A stretch of DNA of 64,000 nt from Bacteroidales bacterium (GTDB lineage: Bacteria; Bacteroidota; Bacteroidia; Bacteroidales; WCHB1-69): assembly GCA_017617445.1 (NCBI GenBank), contig JAFZWE010000012.1, positions 50,818 to 114,817 of the forward strand, given 5' to 3'. Of the stretch, positions 26,676 through 35,080 are shown one piece after another. The first letter of the stretch is position 1. Each line of letters opens with the position of its first letter. Under the pieces are notes generated by a model that was not told the DNA's origin, did no database searches, and saw only the letters and a list, made by a program, of their open reading frames with translations. The position numbers and the translations under genes were made by a program.

Positions 26676-28031
26676 ATGATGAAGAAAACAGTTGTCTTTT
26701 GGATGTTTTTTTGTCTGATGGCCTCTATGGTTCAGGCACAAGCTGTCTATACCTTAGATAGCTGCAAACGGCTGGCGGTAAAGGGGAATCTGACTCTCCA
26801 AAACCACCGGCTGGCCATTGAAAGCGCACGCCAGACGAAGAAGGAGGCATTCACAAAATTCTTTCCTTCGGTTTCCGCCATTGGGTTTGCTTTCAAGACG
26901 AACCGCTACATGATGGATTTTGACTATGATTTGGGGCGGTGGCAGACGGGGTTCTTCTCCCCTGTCATGATCTCCATAGACCTTCCCTCCATCCCCATGC
27001 AGATGCTGGACGGTGGTTTGATGGGCGGAGTGACGGCGGTGCAGCCGTTGTTTGCGGGGTTGCGCATTGTGCATGGCAACCAACTGGCAAAACTTGGCTG
27101 GCAGGCGGCAGAGAAACAGGCGGAGATGTCGGAAGCGGAAGTGTGTGAGCTGGTAGAGGGGTATTATTGGCAGATTGTGGCATTGTGTGAGAAACGGAAC
27201 ACCCTGATGACCTTGGGCAAACAGCTGGAGCATATCCATCAGGATGTGGAGGCGGCTGTGGAGGCGGGCGTGACCACCCCCAACAATCTGTTGATGGTCA
27301 AATTGAAGGAGCAGGAACTGGCCTCCGGCCAGCTCAAGGTGGAGAACGGGATTCGTATGTACAAGAAGATCCTACGGCAGACTGCACAAATCCCGGAAAT
27401 TGATTTTGAACTGGCGGTGGATTCCCTGGCGATGCCTGAAATGCCCCAAGGGGATTATATGGATCCGCAACAAGGCGCAAGCCAACGCACAGAATCCACC
27501 CTGCTTGACATGCAAGTGCGGGCATCGGAATTGCAAACCCGCATGGAAATGGGCAAATACCTGCCTCAAGTGGCTGTTGGTGCGGGATATTCCGCCTATT
27601 GGATGCAAGTCAACAGCGACAATACCGCTGCCAACCATTTCGGAATGGTGTTTGGCACTGTTTCTGTCCCCCTCAGTGACTGGTGGGGCGGAGCACATGC
27701 CATTCAAAAAAGCCGCATTCAGGAACAGATCGCCCGCAATGAACGTACACAAAACATGCAATTGATTGAAATGCAAATAGAACGCTCATGGGATGAATTG
27801 GCGGAAGCCTATCAACAGCTGATATTGGCCCGTAATTCCATTGACCTCGCCCGAGAGAACCTTCGGCTGCAGCAGGACTATTTTGATGCCGGCACTGCCA
27901 CGTTGACAGAACTGCTGAATGCCCAATCCACCTTGCAACAGAGTGCTGACAACTATACAGAGGCTTTTGTGGATTATCAGGTAAAAAGAAGAGCATATCT
28001 AAAAAATATCGGCAAACCTTCCTTTGAGTAG
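26676..28031 (+). CDS. TolC family outer-membrane efflux protein (no pump partners adjacent)
   Basis: The ORF has a signal peptide '...MASMVQAQA' and the two-repeat OEP-like organisation, with a coiled 'LLNAQSTLQQSADNYTEAFVDYQ' region. Confidence 0.8.
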   Translation: MMKKTVVFWMFFCLMASMVQAQAVYTLDSCKRLAVKGNLTLQNHRLAIESARQTKKEAFTKFFPSVSAIGFAFKTNRYMMDFDYDLGRWQTGFFSPVMISIDLPSIPMQMLDGGLMGGVTAVQPLFAGLRIVHGNQLAKLGWQAAEKQAEMSEAEVCELVEGYYWQIVALCEKRNTLMTLGKQLEHIHQDVEAAVEAGVTTPNNLLMVKLKEQELASGQLKVENGIRMYKKILRQTAQIPEIDFELAVDSLAMPEMPQGDYMDPQQGASQRTESTLLDMQVRASELQTRMEMGKYLPQVAVGAGYSAYWMQVNSDNTAANHFGMVFGTVSVPLSDWWGGAHAIQKSRIQEQIARNERTQNMQLIEMQIERSWDELAEAYQQLILARNSIDLARENLRLQQDYFDAGTATLTELLNAQSTLQQSADNYTEAFVDYQVKRRAYLKNIGKPSFE

Positions 28032-28053
28032 TTTTTTGCTTTGAAAAAAAACG

Positions 28054-28061
28054 TATATTTG
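28054..28061 (+). promoter_or_regulatory. -7 box (TATATTTG) for the CoA-transferase A gene
   Basis: The box reads tatatttg, 58 nt before the ATG at 28119. It lies inside the ORF-track N-terminal extension. Confidence 0.5.
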
Positions 28062-28118
28062 CCGCCGTTTTGCAAGTGCAACGATAAGAACAAATACAAT
28101 AATTTAAAAAACATAAAT

Positions 28119-28766
28119 ATGAAGAAATTAATCTCAGTTGAAGAAGCCGCCGCAATGGTAAAAGACGGCATGACGATCATGGTGGGTGGCTTTTTGGCCG
28201 CCGGCTCCCCTATCAAACTGATTGAAGCCATCGCCAACGGTCCCGCCAAAGACCTTACTCTTATCTGCAATGACGCTGCCTATCCGGAAAAGGGAAGCGG
28301 CAGACTGATTGCTGCCGGCAAGGTGAAAAAGATGATTCTCTCCCACATGGGCACCAATCCGTTGGCTGTTGCCGGGTTCAATGACAAAACCCTGGAAGTG
28401 GAATTCTCCCCCCAAGGCACCTTGGCTGAAAGAATCCGTGCGGCAGGTGCTGGCCTCGGCGGCGTACTCACTCCTACCGGCATTGGCACTGTGGTGGAAG
28501 AAGGAAAGCAGAAAATCACCATTGACGGCAAAGAATACTTGCTGGAGAAACCGCTCCATGCGGACATGGCCATCCTTGGCGCCAATATCGCAGATGAAAG
28601 CGGCAACCTGATTTACAAGGGCACTACCCAAAACTTCAACCCCATGATGGCCACCGCCGCTGACCTGGTCATCGCTGAAGCCAAACAGATTGTCAAAGTC
28701 GGGGAAATCGCTCCTGAACAGGTACACACCCCCGCCCTGTTTGTTGATTATTTAGTGCAATTCTAA
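28119..28766 (+). CDS. 3-oxoacid/acetate CoA-transferase subunit A
   Basis: ORF 28041..28766. The start is at 'MKKLISVEEAAAMVKDGMTIMVGGF'. Family I CoA-transferase A-subunit motifs 'SHMGTNP' and 'PQGTLAERIRAAGAGLGG' are present. Confidence 0.85.
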   Translation: MKKLISVEEAAAMVKDGMTIMVGGFLAAGSPIKLIEAIANGPAKDLTLICNDAAYPEKGSGRLIAAGKVKKMILSHMGTNPLAVAGFNDKTLEVEFSPQGTLAERIRAAGAGLGGVLTPTGIGTVVEEGKQKITIDGKEYLLEKPLHADMAILGANIADESGNLIYKGTTQNFNPMMATAADLVIAEAKQIVKVGEIAPEQVHTPALFVDYLVQF

Positions 28767-28786
28767 TTTATCCTTTCACTTTATCT

Positions 28787-28814
28787 GGGCAGACTGACCG
28801 TCTGCCCTTTTTTT
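28787..28814 (+). terminator. Rho-independent terminator after the CoA-transferase A gene
   Basis: The stem gggcagac/gtctgccc is 8 bp and perfect with a 5-nt loop, followed by T7. Confidence 0.8.
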
Positions 28815-28820
28815 ACATTT

Positions 28821-29687
28821 ATGGAAATTTCTTTGCAATATACTGATATGGCGCAACATCTGGTTTATGTGACCAACAAGGGAGCGAGTGTGCCCTACAC
28901 CGAATTGGCCCATCAACGGAATTTCTTCCTGATTGCAGGCCCCTGTGTAGTAGAGAACCGGGAAATCACCTTTGAGGTGGCTCGCGAGGCCAAAGCCGTC
29001 TGTGCGGAGTTCAACGTCCCATTCTTTTTCAAAGCCTCCTACCGCAAAGCCAACCGCTCCTCTCTGCACTCATTCACTGGCATCGGGGATGAAGCCGCCC
29101 TGCAAATTCTGGCAGACGTGAAACAGACCCTGGAAGTGCCCATTGCGACGGACATCCACACGGAACAGGAGGCGGAATTCGCCGCACAAGTGGCTGACAT
29201 CATCCAGATTCCCGCTTTTATGTCAAGGCAGACCTCCCTTCTGGTGGCCGCTGCCCGTACCGGGAAGATTGTGAATATCAAGAAAGGCCAGTTTCTCTCA
29301 CCAGAGGCCATGCGCTTTGCGGTGGAGAAAGTGCGCGAAGCAGGCAACCCCAATGTGATGCTCACCGAGCGGGGAACCTCCTTCGGCTATCAGGACCTGA
29401 TTGTGGATTTCCGAGGGGTAAAAGCCATGCAAGAAAACCAATGCCCCGTAGTGCTGGACTGCACTCACTCTCTGCAACAGCCCAACCAACCGCAGGGGGT
29501 CACCGGAGGCCATCCTGAACTCATTGAAACCATCGCCAAAGCGGGGGTCGCTGTGGGCTTCGACGGATTGTTCATGGAAACGCACCCCTGTCCGGAGAAA
29601 GCGCTTTCAGATGGTGCAAATATGCTTCCCCTCAATAAATTAAGACCCTTGATTGCCAAATTGGTCAAAATCAGGGCCGCCTTATAA
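28821..29687 (+). CDS. kdsA: 3-deoxy-8-phosphooctulonate (KDO-8-P) synthase
   Basis: The 288-aa ORF has 'FLIAGPCVVE' and 'FFFKASYRKANRSS'. The true start may be Met10 (28848). Confidence 0.92.
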   Translation: MEISLQYTDMAQHLVYVTNKGASVPYTELAHQRNFFLIAGPCVVENREITFEVAREAKAVCAEFNVPFFFKASYRKANRSSLHSFTGIGDEAALQILADVKQTLEVPIATDIHTEQEAEFAAQVADIIQIPAFMSRQTSLLVAAARTGKIVNIKKGQFLSPEAMRFAVEKVREAGNPNVMLTERGTSFGYQDLIVDFRGVKAMQENQCPVVLDCTHSLQQPNQPQGVTGGHPELIETIAKAGVAVGFDGLFMETHPCPEKALSDGANMLPLNKLRPLIAKLVKIRAAL

Positions 29688-29702
29688 AACCCCATTAAAA
29701 AC

Positions 29703-31841
29703 ATGGAAATAAGAAACTACGCTGCTGTTATCGCCCAGGAGCTGAACCTGCAAAAACAGCAGGTGGAAAATGTCTTGCAACTTCTGGATTCCGGGGCCAC
29801 CATCCCTTTTATCGCACGATACCGGAAAGAGGCCACTGACTCGTTAGACGAAGTGCAGATCGGCCAAATCCGCGACCGACACATGAAACTGGTGGAGTTG
29901 GACAAACGGAGGGCGGCCATACTGGACTCCATCCGTGAGCAGGGCAAGCTGACTCCAGAGCTGGAACGCCAGATAGAAGATGCCGTTTCTCTCACCGCTT
30001 TGGAGGACCTGTACCTCCCCTATCGCCCCAAGCGCAAAACCCGCGCTTCCATCGCTAAAGAGAAGGGCTTGGAGCCTTTGGCCGCCATCATCATGAGCCA
30101 GCGAGAAAATAACCTGCTCCGCATTGCACGACAACACATTAACCCCGGAAAAGGCATTGCATCTGAAGAGGAAGCTTTGTCCGGTGCGCGGGACATCATC
30201 GCCGAATGGGTGTCGGAAAACATCTCCGTCCGCAACCGCCTGCGCTCCTATTTCCTCAAAGAAGCCGTCATCACATCCAAAGTGATCAAAGGAAAAGAAA
30301 GGGATGGCGAAAAATATACAGCATATTTCAATTTCTCAGAGAAGATCAGCCGTTCTCCCTCCCATCGCATTCTGGCCATGTTCCGAGGCGAGGAAGAGGG
30401 TTTCCTGCGCGTGTCCATCGCTCCCGACGAAACCCGAATCCTGCCAGGATTGACCAAACATTTTATAAAAGCAAACAACTTATGCAGCGAACAAGTAAAA
30501 CTTTCAGTCACTGATTCTTACAAGCGTTTATTGCAGCCACAGTTGGAGACGGAGATGCGACATGTTTTCAAGGAAAAGGCCGACCGGGAAGCCATCCAGG
30601 TGTTTGTGGAAAACCTGCGCCAACTGTTGCTGGCCCCGCCGCTCGGAGAGAAAACCGTCATGGCCATTGACCCTGGTTTCCGTACCGGCTGCAAAGTCGT
30701 GATTCTGGACAAACAGGGAAAACTGCTGCACAATGAGACCATCTATCCGCATCCACCGAAGGCAGAGTACAGACTCTCCAGCGACAAACTCAAAAGGATG
30801 GTGTTGCAATACAAGGTGGAGGCCATTGCCATCGGCAATGGCACTGCAGGACGCGAAACGGAATATTTTGTCAGCAAAATCCCCTTTGAGCGCGAGGTGC
30901 AGGCCATTGTAGTGAATGAAAGCGGGGCATCCGTGTATTCCGCCTCCGCTGTGGCGCGGGAGGAGTTTCCCGATTACGATGTCACTGTGCGCGGGGCGGT
31001 CTCCATCGGCCGGAGACTGATGGATCCGCTGGCGGAACTGGTCAAGATTGACCCCAAATCCATCGGTGTGGGACAATACCAACACGATGTCAACCAAACA
31101 CTTCTGCAAGAAAGTCTGGAAGAAACTGTGGAGAGTTGCGTCAACTATGTGGGGGTGGAAGTGAACACGGCCAGCAAGGAGCTGTTGTCGCATGTGTCGG
31201 GCATCGGGCCGGCATTGGCCAAGAACATTGTGGCTTACCGCAATGAGAACGGACCGTTCGCCTCGCGGCAGGCATTGAGGCAAGTACCCCGTTTTGGGGA
31301 CAAGGCATTTGAGCAGTCGGCAGGTTTCTTGCGTATTCGCAACGCATCCAATCCACTGGATTCCAGCGCAGTACACCCTGAAAGCTATGCTATTGTGGAT
31401 GCCATGGCCCAATACTGCCAATGCACTGTCGCAGAACTGATGCAGCAGGAGGAGTTGAGGAAGCGCATCCGTTTGGAGGATTTCATCACCGAACGGGCAG
31501 GCCTGCCCACCCTGAAAGACATCATGCAGGAGTTGGCCAAGCCCGGCAGGGACCCGCGTACACGCTTTGATGTTTTTGAATTTGACAAGAATGTTTCCAG
31601 CATCAATGATGTAAAGGCAGGCATGGTGTTGCCGGGAATCATCACCAACATCACCAATTTTGGATGTTTTGTGGATATCGGCGTACATCAGGACGGGCTG
31701 GTACATATTAGCCAGTTGGCCGACCACTATGTAGGCAACCCCAATGATGTGGTGAAACTCAACCAGAAGGTGAAGGTCAAGGTGTTGAATGTGGAAGTGG
31801 AACGGAAACGCATCAACCTGACCATGAAGGGAGTGGAATAG
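29703..31841 (+). CDS. tex: Tex-like transcription accessory protein (S1 RNA-binding)
   Basis: The 712-aa ORF has the Tex N-terminal 'IPFIARYRKE', a YqgF-like middle region, an HhH region and the C-terminal S1 'GIITNITNFGCFVDIGVHQDGLVHIS'. Confidence 0.92.
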   Translation: MEIRNYAAVIAQELNLQKQQVENVLQLLDSGATIPFIARYRKEATDSLDEVQIGQIRDRHMKLVELDKRRAAILDSIREQGKLTPELERQIEDAVSLTALEDLYLPYRPKRKTRASIAKEKGLEPLAAIIMSQRENNLLRIARQHINPGKGIASEEEALSGARDIIAEWVSENISVRNRLRSYFLKEAVITSKVIKGKERDGEKYTAYFNFSEKISRSPSHRILAMFRGEEEGFLRVSIAPDETRILPGLTKHFIKANNLCSEQVKLSVTDSYKRLLQPQLETEMRHVFKEKADREAIQVFVENLRQLLLAPPLGEKTVMAIDPGFRTGCKVVILDKQGKLLHNETIYPHPPKAEYRLSSDKLKRMVLQYKVEAIAIGNGTAGRETEYFVSKIPFEREVQAIVVNESGASVYSASAVAREEFPDYDVTVRGAVSIGRRLMDPLAELVKIDPKSIGVGQYQHDVNQTLLQESLEETVESCVNYVGVEVNTASKELLSHVSGIGPALAKNIVAYRNENGPFASRQALRQVPRFGDKAFEQSAGFLRIRNASNPLDSSAVHPESYAIVDAMAQYCQCTVAELMQQEELRKRIRLEDFITERAGLPTLKDIMQELAKPGRDPRTRFDVFEFDKNVSSINDVKAGMVLPGIITNITNFGCFVDIGVHQDGLVHISQLADHYVGNPNDVVKLNQKVKVKVLNVEVERKRINLTMKGVE

Positions 31842-31865
31842 ACATTTTTATAGGCAAAAAAAGAA

Positions 31866-31894
31866 GAGCAGCGGTGTAACCGTTGCTCTTTTTT
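31866..31894 (+). terminator. Rho-independent terminator after tex
   Basis: The stem gagcagcgg/ccgttgctc is 9 bp with one G-U pair and a 5-nt loop, followed by T6. Confidence 0.8.
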
Positions 31895-31895
31895 G

Positions 31896-31969
31896 TGGTC
31901 CCACTCGGGCTCGAACCAAGGACCCGCTGATTATGAGTCAGCTGCTCTAACCAACTGAGCTATGGGACC
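31896..31969 (-). tRNA. tRNA with CAT anticodon (elongator Met or lysidine-modified Ile2; not initiator)
   Basis: The reverse complement GGTCCCATAGCTCAGTTGGTTAGAGCAGCTGACTCATAATCAGCGGGTCCTTGGTTCGAGCCCGAGTGGGACCA folds as a cloverleaf. The anticodon stem is GCTGA/TCAGC and the loop is CTCATAA. There are no 3 G-C pairs in the anticodon stem, which argues against fMet. Confidence 0.88.
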
Positions 31970-31992
31970 TGTTCCCTTTCGGAAATCGGCGG

Positions 31993-32000
31993 CAAAAATA
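31993..32000 (-). promoter_or_regulatory. -7 box (TATTTTTG) for tRNA(CAT)
   Basis: The plus strand reads caaaaata, 24 nt upstream of the tRNA 5' end at 31969. Confidence 0.55.
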
Positions 32001-32042
32001 CAACTTTTTTTGGAAAGCCGGGGCACAAAATCAGTGTGGAGC

Positions 32043-32072
32043 AAAAAAAAAGACGATGCGTGAACACCGTCT
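32043..32072 (-). terminator. Rho-independent terminator after rpoD
   Basis: The stem is agacgatg/caccgtct. A T-run (plus-strand A8) follows on the minus strand. Confidence 0.65.
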
Positions 32073-32091
32073 TTTATATTGTATGTTTTTT

Positions 32092-32955
32092 TTATCCCAG
32101 ATATGCTTTCAGGTTTTTGCATTTCGCCTGGTTTTTCAGACGTCGGATGGCTTTTTCCTTGATCTGGCGGACACGCTCGCGTGTCAAGTCAAATTTCTCT
32201 CCAATCTCTTCCAATGTCATGGGATGCTTGCTGTCCAAGCCGAAATAGAGCTTGATGATGTCGGCCTCGCGGGGCGGAAGGGTAGAGATAGTACGGTTGA
32301 TCTCCTGTTTCAGTGATTCATAGAGAAGGCCTTTGTCGGGCGTGGGGGAATCTTCTGACTTGAGCACATCGTACATGTTGTTGTCCTTGTCCTGAGTCAG
32401 AGAGGCATCCATGGAGAGGTGGCGGGAGGAGTTGCGCATGGAATCTTTTACTTCGGCCTCAGTGAGATCCAGCAAGTTGGCGATTTCATCGGCGCGGGGC
32501 TCGCGCTCGTACTCCTGTTCCAGAAAGGCGTAAGCCTTGTTGATCTTGTTGATGGTACCGATTTTGTTGAGAGGCAGACGCACAATACGGGACTGTTCGG
32601 CAAGCGCCTGAAGGATAGATTGACGAATCCACCATACAGCGTATGAGATGAACTTGAAACCGCGGGTCTCGTCAAAACGCTGGGCGGCTTTGATAAGTCC
32701 AAGGTTGCCCTCATTGATCAGGTCGGGCAGGCTCAGCCCCTGGTTCTGGTACTGCTTGGCTACGGAAACGACGAAACGGAGATTCGCTTTGGTGAGCTTG
32801 TCTAACGCCGCCTGGTCCCCCTCTTTGATTTTTCGTGCCAACTCCACTTCCTCTTCTGCCGTGATCAACTCCACTTTTCCAATGTCATGCAAGTATTTGT
32901 CCAACGATGCAGTCTCTCGGTTGGTTACTTGCTTGGTGATATTTAATTGTCTCAT
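32092..32955 (-). CDS. rpoD: Primary RNA polymerase sigma factor (Bacteroidota 287-aa type)
   Basis: '[12 protein letters not shown]' and '[18 protein letters not shown]' mark region 2. '[27 protein letters not shown]' marks region 4.2. Confidence 0.93.
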   Translation of the reverse strand: MRQLNITKQVTNRETASLDKYLHDIGKVELITAEEEVELARKIKEGDQAALDKLTKANLRFVVSVAKQYQNQGLSLPDLINEGNLGLIKAAQRFDETRGFKFISYAVWWIRQSILQALAEQSRIVRLPLNKIGTINKINKAYAFLEQEYEREPRADEIANLLDLTEAEVKDSMRNSSRHLSMDASLTQDKDNNMYDVLKSEDSPTPDKGLLYESLKQEINRTISTLPPREADIIKLYFGLDSKHPMTLEEIGEKFDLTRERVRQIKEKAIRRLKNQAKCKNLKAYLG

Positions 32956-33035
32956 ATTCCGTAAAATTTGCTGCCTTTTACGACAGATTTTTTGATTTTG
33001 TTACAAACAAAACGCACCCCTGTGAAAAAAGTCCG

Positions 33036-33043
33036 CAAAGGTA
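33036..33043 (-). promoter_or_regulatory. -7 box (TACCTTTG) for rpoD
   Basis: The plus strand reads caaaggta, 81 nt upstream of the ATG at 32955. It lies just downstream of the kinase-operon terminator. Confidence 0.45.
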
Positions 33044-33054
33044 CACTTTTTCCG

Positions 33055-33092
33055 AAAAAAAAGCAGTTTTTCATACGAAAAACTGCTTTTTT
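33055..33092. terminator. Strong bidirectional terminator closing the kinase operon
   Basis: The structure is A8 - gcagttttt / aaaaactgc (9 bp, 6-nt loop) - T6. It begins 18 nt after the kinase stop codon. Confidence 0.8.
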
Positions 33093-33109
33093 CACTTGAA
33101 ATACGTTTC

Positions 33110-35068
33110 TTATTCGTAATATTCAATCTCTCTTGTGGTTTTTATCGGTTTATTTCTGTCGCTTGAAATGGTAATTGTACGTGAAATCCAGTTGTCATAG
33201 CCATCATAATCATAAGTGATATTGAGCGAATTTCTGCCTTCTCCGCTGTATTGTATACGTTCTGCATCACCACGGGAATTATAGCTGATACTCCATGAAG
33301 AATTATATTCACCCGATGTTCTGGAACTTATAATCCTGTTTTCCGAATCATAATGGAAGGTAAGGGTCGTGGTAAACGTTTCATAGCTGTCATGATCGCA
33401 AACATATTCCTCACTATATTCATCCCAATACCCATTATACCTTTTTTCCAGGGATGTTATCTGTATCAGATTGTTATGCTCGTCATATTGGAAAGAAAAA
33501 GTATATTGGGCCCTCTCACCTTCTCCCACTATTTCGTAAATGTAGTCATCGGGACTGCCGGAAGTGATTTGTGTAGTAGAGGAGTACGGGATGGGATATT
33601 TTTTTGCCCAATGTTCACCATCATTTACAACACACCACAAGTCATCGTCTATAAACAGATTATATAAGAAGTAGTTTAGAGACACTTCACCCAATCCTCC
33701 ATCCATGATGGGTCTGAAGGGAAGTATCCTTTGTACATTTCCACTTTTGCTTTTGTTTACCAGCAGGTCGTTAGAGTAACTATAGGTCCATTCTAAGATT
33801 TCCCCATACTCATTGGATTCACCTTCCGTAAGATAACCCTCTTCGTCAAAAGCGAAGGAATAGGTACACTCGTCTCCATCTTGATCCACATAGTGTTCAA
33901 CGATAGACTTGACAGGGCCGCGAGCGTTGAAAAACTCCGAGGCGTGTCCTCCCACATATCTTTCCTCTATACTCTCTTCCACATTATATTTTTTGGCTTT
34001 CTTGTCTTTCATCCAAAACCATGCGGCAGTGCCTCCGCCCGCCAGCACCAACACGCCAATGATGAGACCGATGACCAGTCCCGTACGTTTTTTCTTCTTT
34101 TTCTTTGGAGTACTGGACTGCTGCGGGATTTCTGTTTGAGCTACCATAGTCTTGGAAGCGGGTTGGGGTGAAGGCTCTTCCATGCGGGTGCCATCTTCAT
34201 AGGAGTGTTGAGGTGCATTGGAAATGGAGCTGCCAACTGGCGGCAATGGCGGCAAGTTGGAGCGCACTGCAGTGGCATTGGGTGTGGCAGGGGTGCCGAA
34301 AGGCACCAGTGCGGGGCGCTCTTCCGGATTCTTGGCCAGATAGGGTTCCAGAAGCGATTGCCATTCGTAAGGGATGCCCGTTAAATCCAGCGGCATCTCC
34401 ACAATACATTTGCGGATCTGATAGTCGCTGGTGGTGGTGGTGTCATACGGGGTCTTGCCTTGGAGGAGATGCAAGAAAGTGACCGCCAAGGAGTAGAGGT
34501 CGGTTTTGCTGTCAATGTGTTTGGAATCTTCCACTTGTTCCGGACTCATGTACAGAAGGGTGCCCATGGTGGCGCCGGTCTGTGTCATCACCATGCCGTC
34601 CTGCACCTTGGCAATACCGAAATCCAGCAGTTTCACATTGCCCGCCATATCAATGAAGATGTTGGAGGGCTTGATGTCGCGGTGGACGACCCCCTTGTCA
34701 TGGGTGTAGTTCAAGGCGGAAACCAGCTGGTTCCACCACCGTTGCAGTTGTTCCTGCGTAAACCGTTCCCCGTTCTTCATACGGGAACTGAGGTCTTCGC
34801 CCTCAAGGTATTCCATGATCATGCAGGGACGACCGTCCAGAATGCCATAGTCATAGGCCTGCCTGATGTTCGGATGCTGGAGGGATACCATCACGCCAGC
34901 TTCATTGCGGAAGCGGTTCACGATATTCTCTTCGTCGCAGAATTTAGGCAGCAGAATTTTGACCGCAGCTGCTTTGCCCAAAGTGTTTTCAGCGTACCAC
35001 ACTTCCGCCATTCCCCCCTTCCCTAACGGGCGGAGCAGCGTGTAGCCGTTTACGTTTTTGTTTTGCAT
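33110..35068 (-). CDS. Hanks-type Ser/Thr protein kinase, single TM, C-terminal YD/RHS-like repeat ectodomain
   Basis: The 652-aa ORF has 'LGKGGMAEVW', 'AAVKIL', 'HRDIKPSNIF', 'DFGIAK' and 'YMSPEQ'. A poly-K stop-transfer segment is followed by the TM 'GLVIGLIIGVLVLAGGGTAAWFW' (aa 329-353). Repeats follow, such as 'YTFSFQYDEHNNLI', 'LTFHYDSENRII' and 'ITYDYDGYDNWI'. Confidence 0.9.
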   Translation of the reverse strand: MQNKNVNGYTLLRPLGKGGMAEVWYAENTLGKAAAVKILLPKFCDEENIVNRFRNEAGVMVSLQHPNIRQAYDYGILDGRPCMIMEYLEGEDLSSRMKNGERFTQEQLQRWWNQLVSALNYTHDKGVVHRDIKPSNIFIDMAGNVKLLDFGIAKVQDGMVMTQTGATMGTLLYMSPEQVEDSKHIDSKTDLYSLAVTFLHLLQGKTPYDTTTTSDYQIRKCIVEMPLDLTGIPYEWQSLLEPYLAKNPEERPALVPFGTPATPNATAVRSNLPPLPPVGSSISNAPQHSYEDGTRMEEPSPQPASKTMVAQTEIPQQSSTPKKKKKKRTGLVIGLIIGVLVLAGGGTAAWFWMKDKKAKKYNVEESIEERYVGGHASEFFNARGPVKSIVEHYVDQDGDECTYSFAFDEEGYLTEGESNEYGEILEWTYSYSNDLLVNKSKSGNVQRILPFRPIMDGGLGEVSLNYFLYNLFIDDDLWCVVNDGEHWAKKYPIPYSSTTQITSGSPDDYIYEIVGEGERAQYTFSFQYDEHNNLIQITSLEKRYNGYWDEYSEEYVCDHDSYETFTTTLTFHYDSENRIISSRTSGEYNSSWSISYNSRGDAERIQYSGEGRNSLNITYDYDGYDNWISRTITISSDRNKPIKTTREIEYYE

Positions 35069-35080
35069 ATTTAAAAAGTA

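Noticed and set aside
30528-31727. 399-aa minus-strand ORF
   Set aside because: It is antisense to tex, which has clear Tex/YqgF/S1 motifs.
34080-34105. Lys-codon run (KKKKKKR) in the kinase, considered as a slippery phase-variation tract
   Set aside because: The DNA is a mixture (ttttttcttctttttcttt), not a long homopolymer. It is a normal positive-inside stop-transfer signal before the TM helix.
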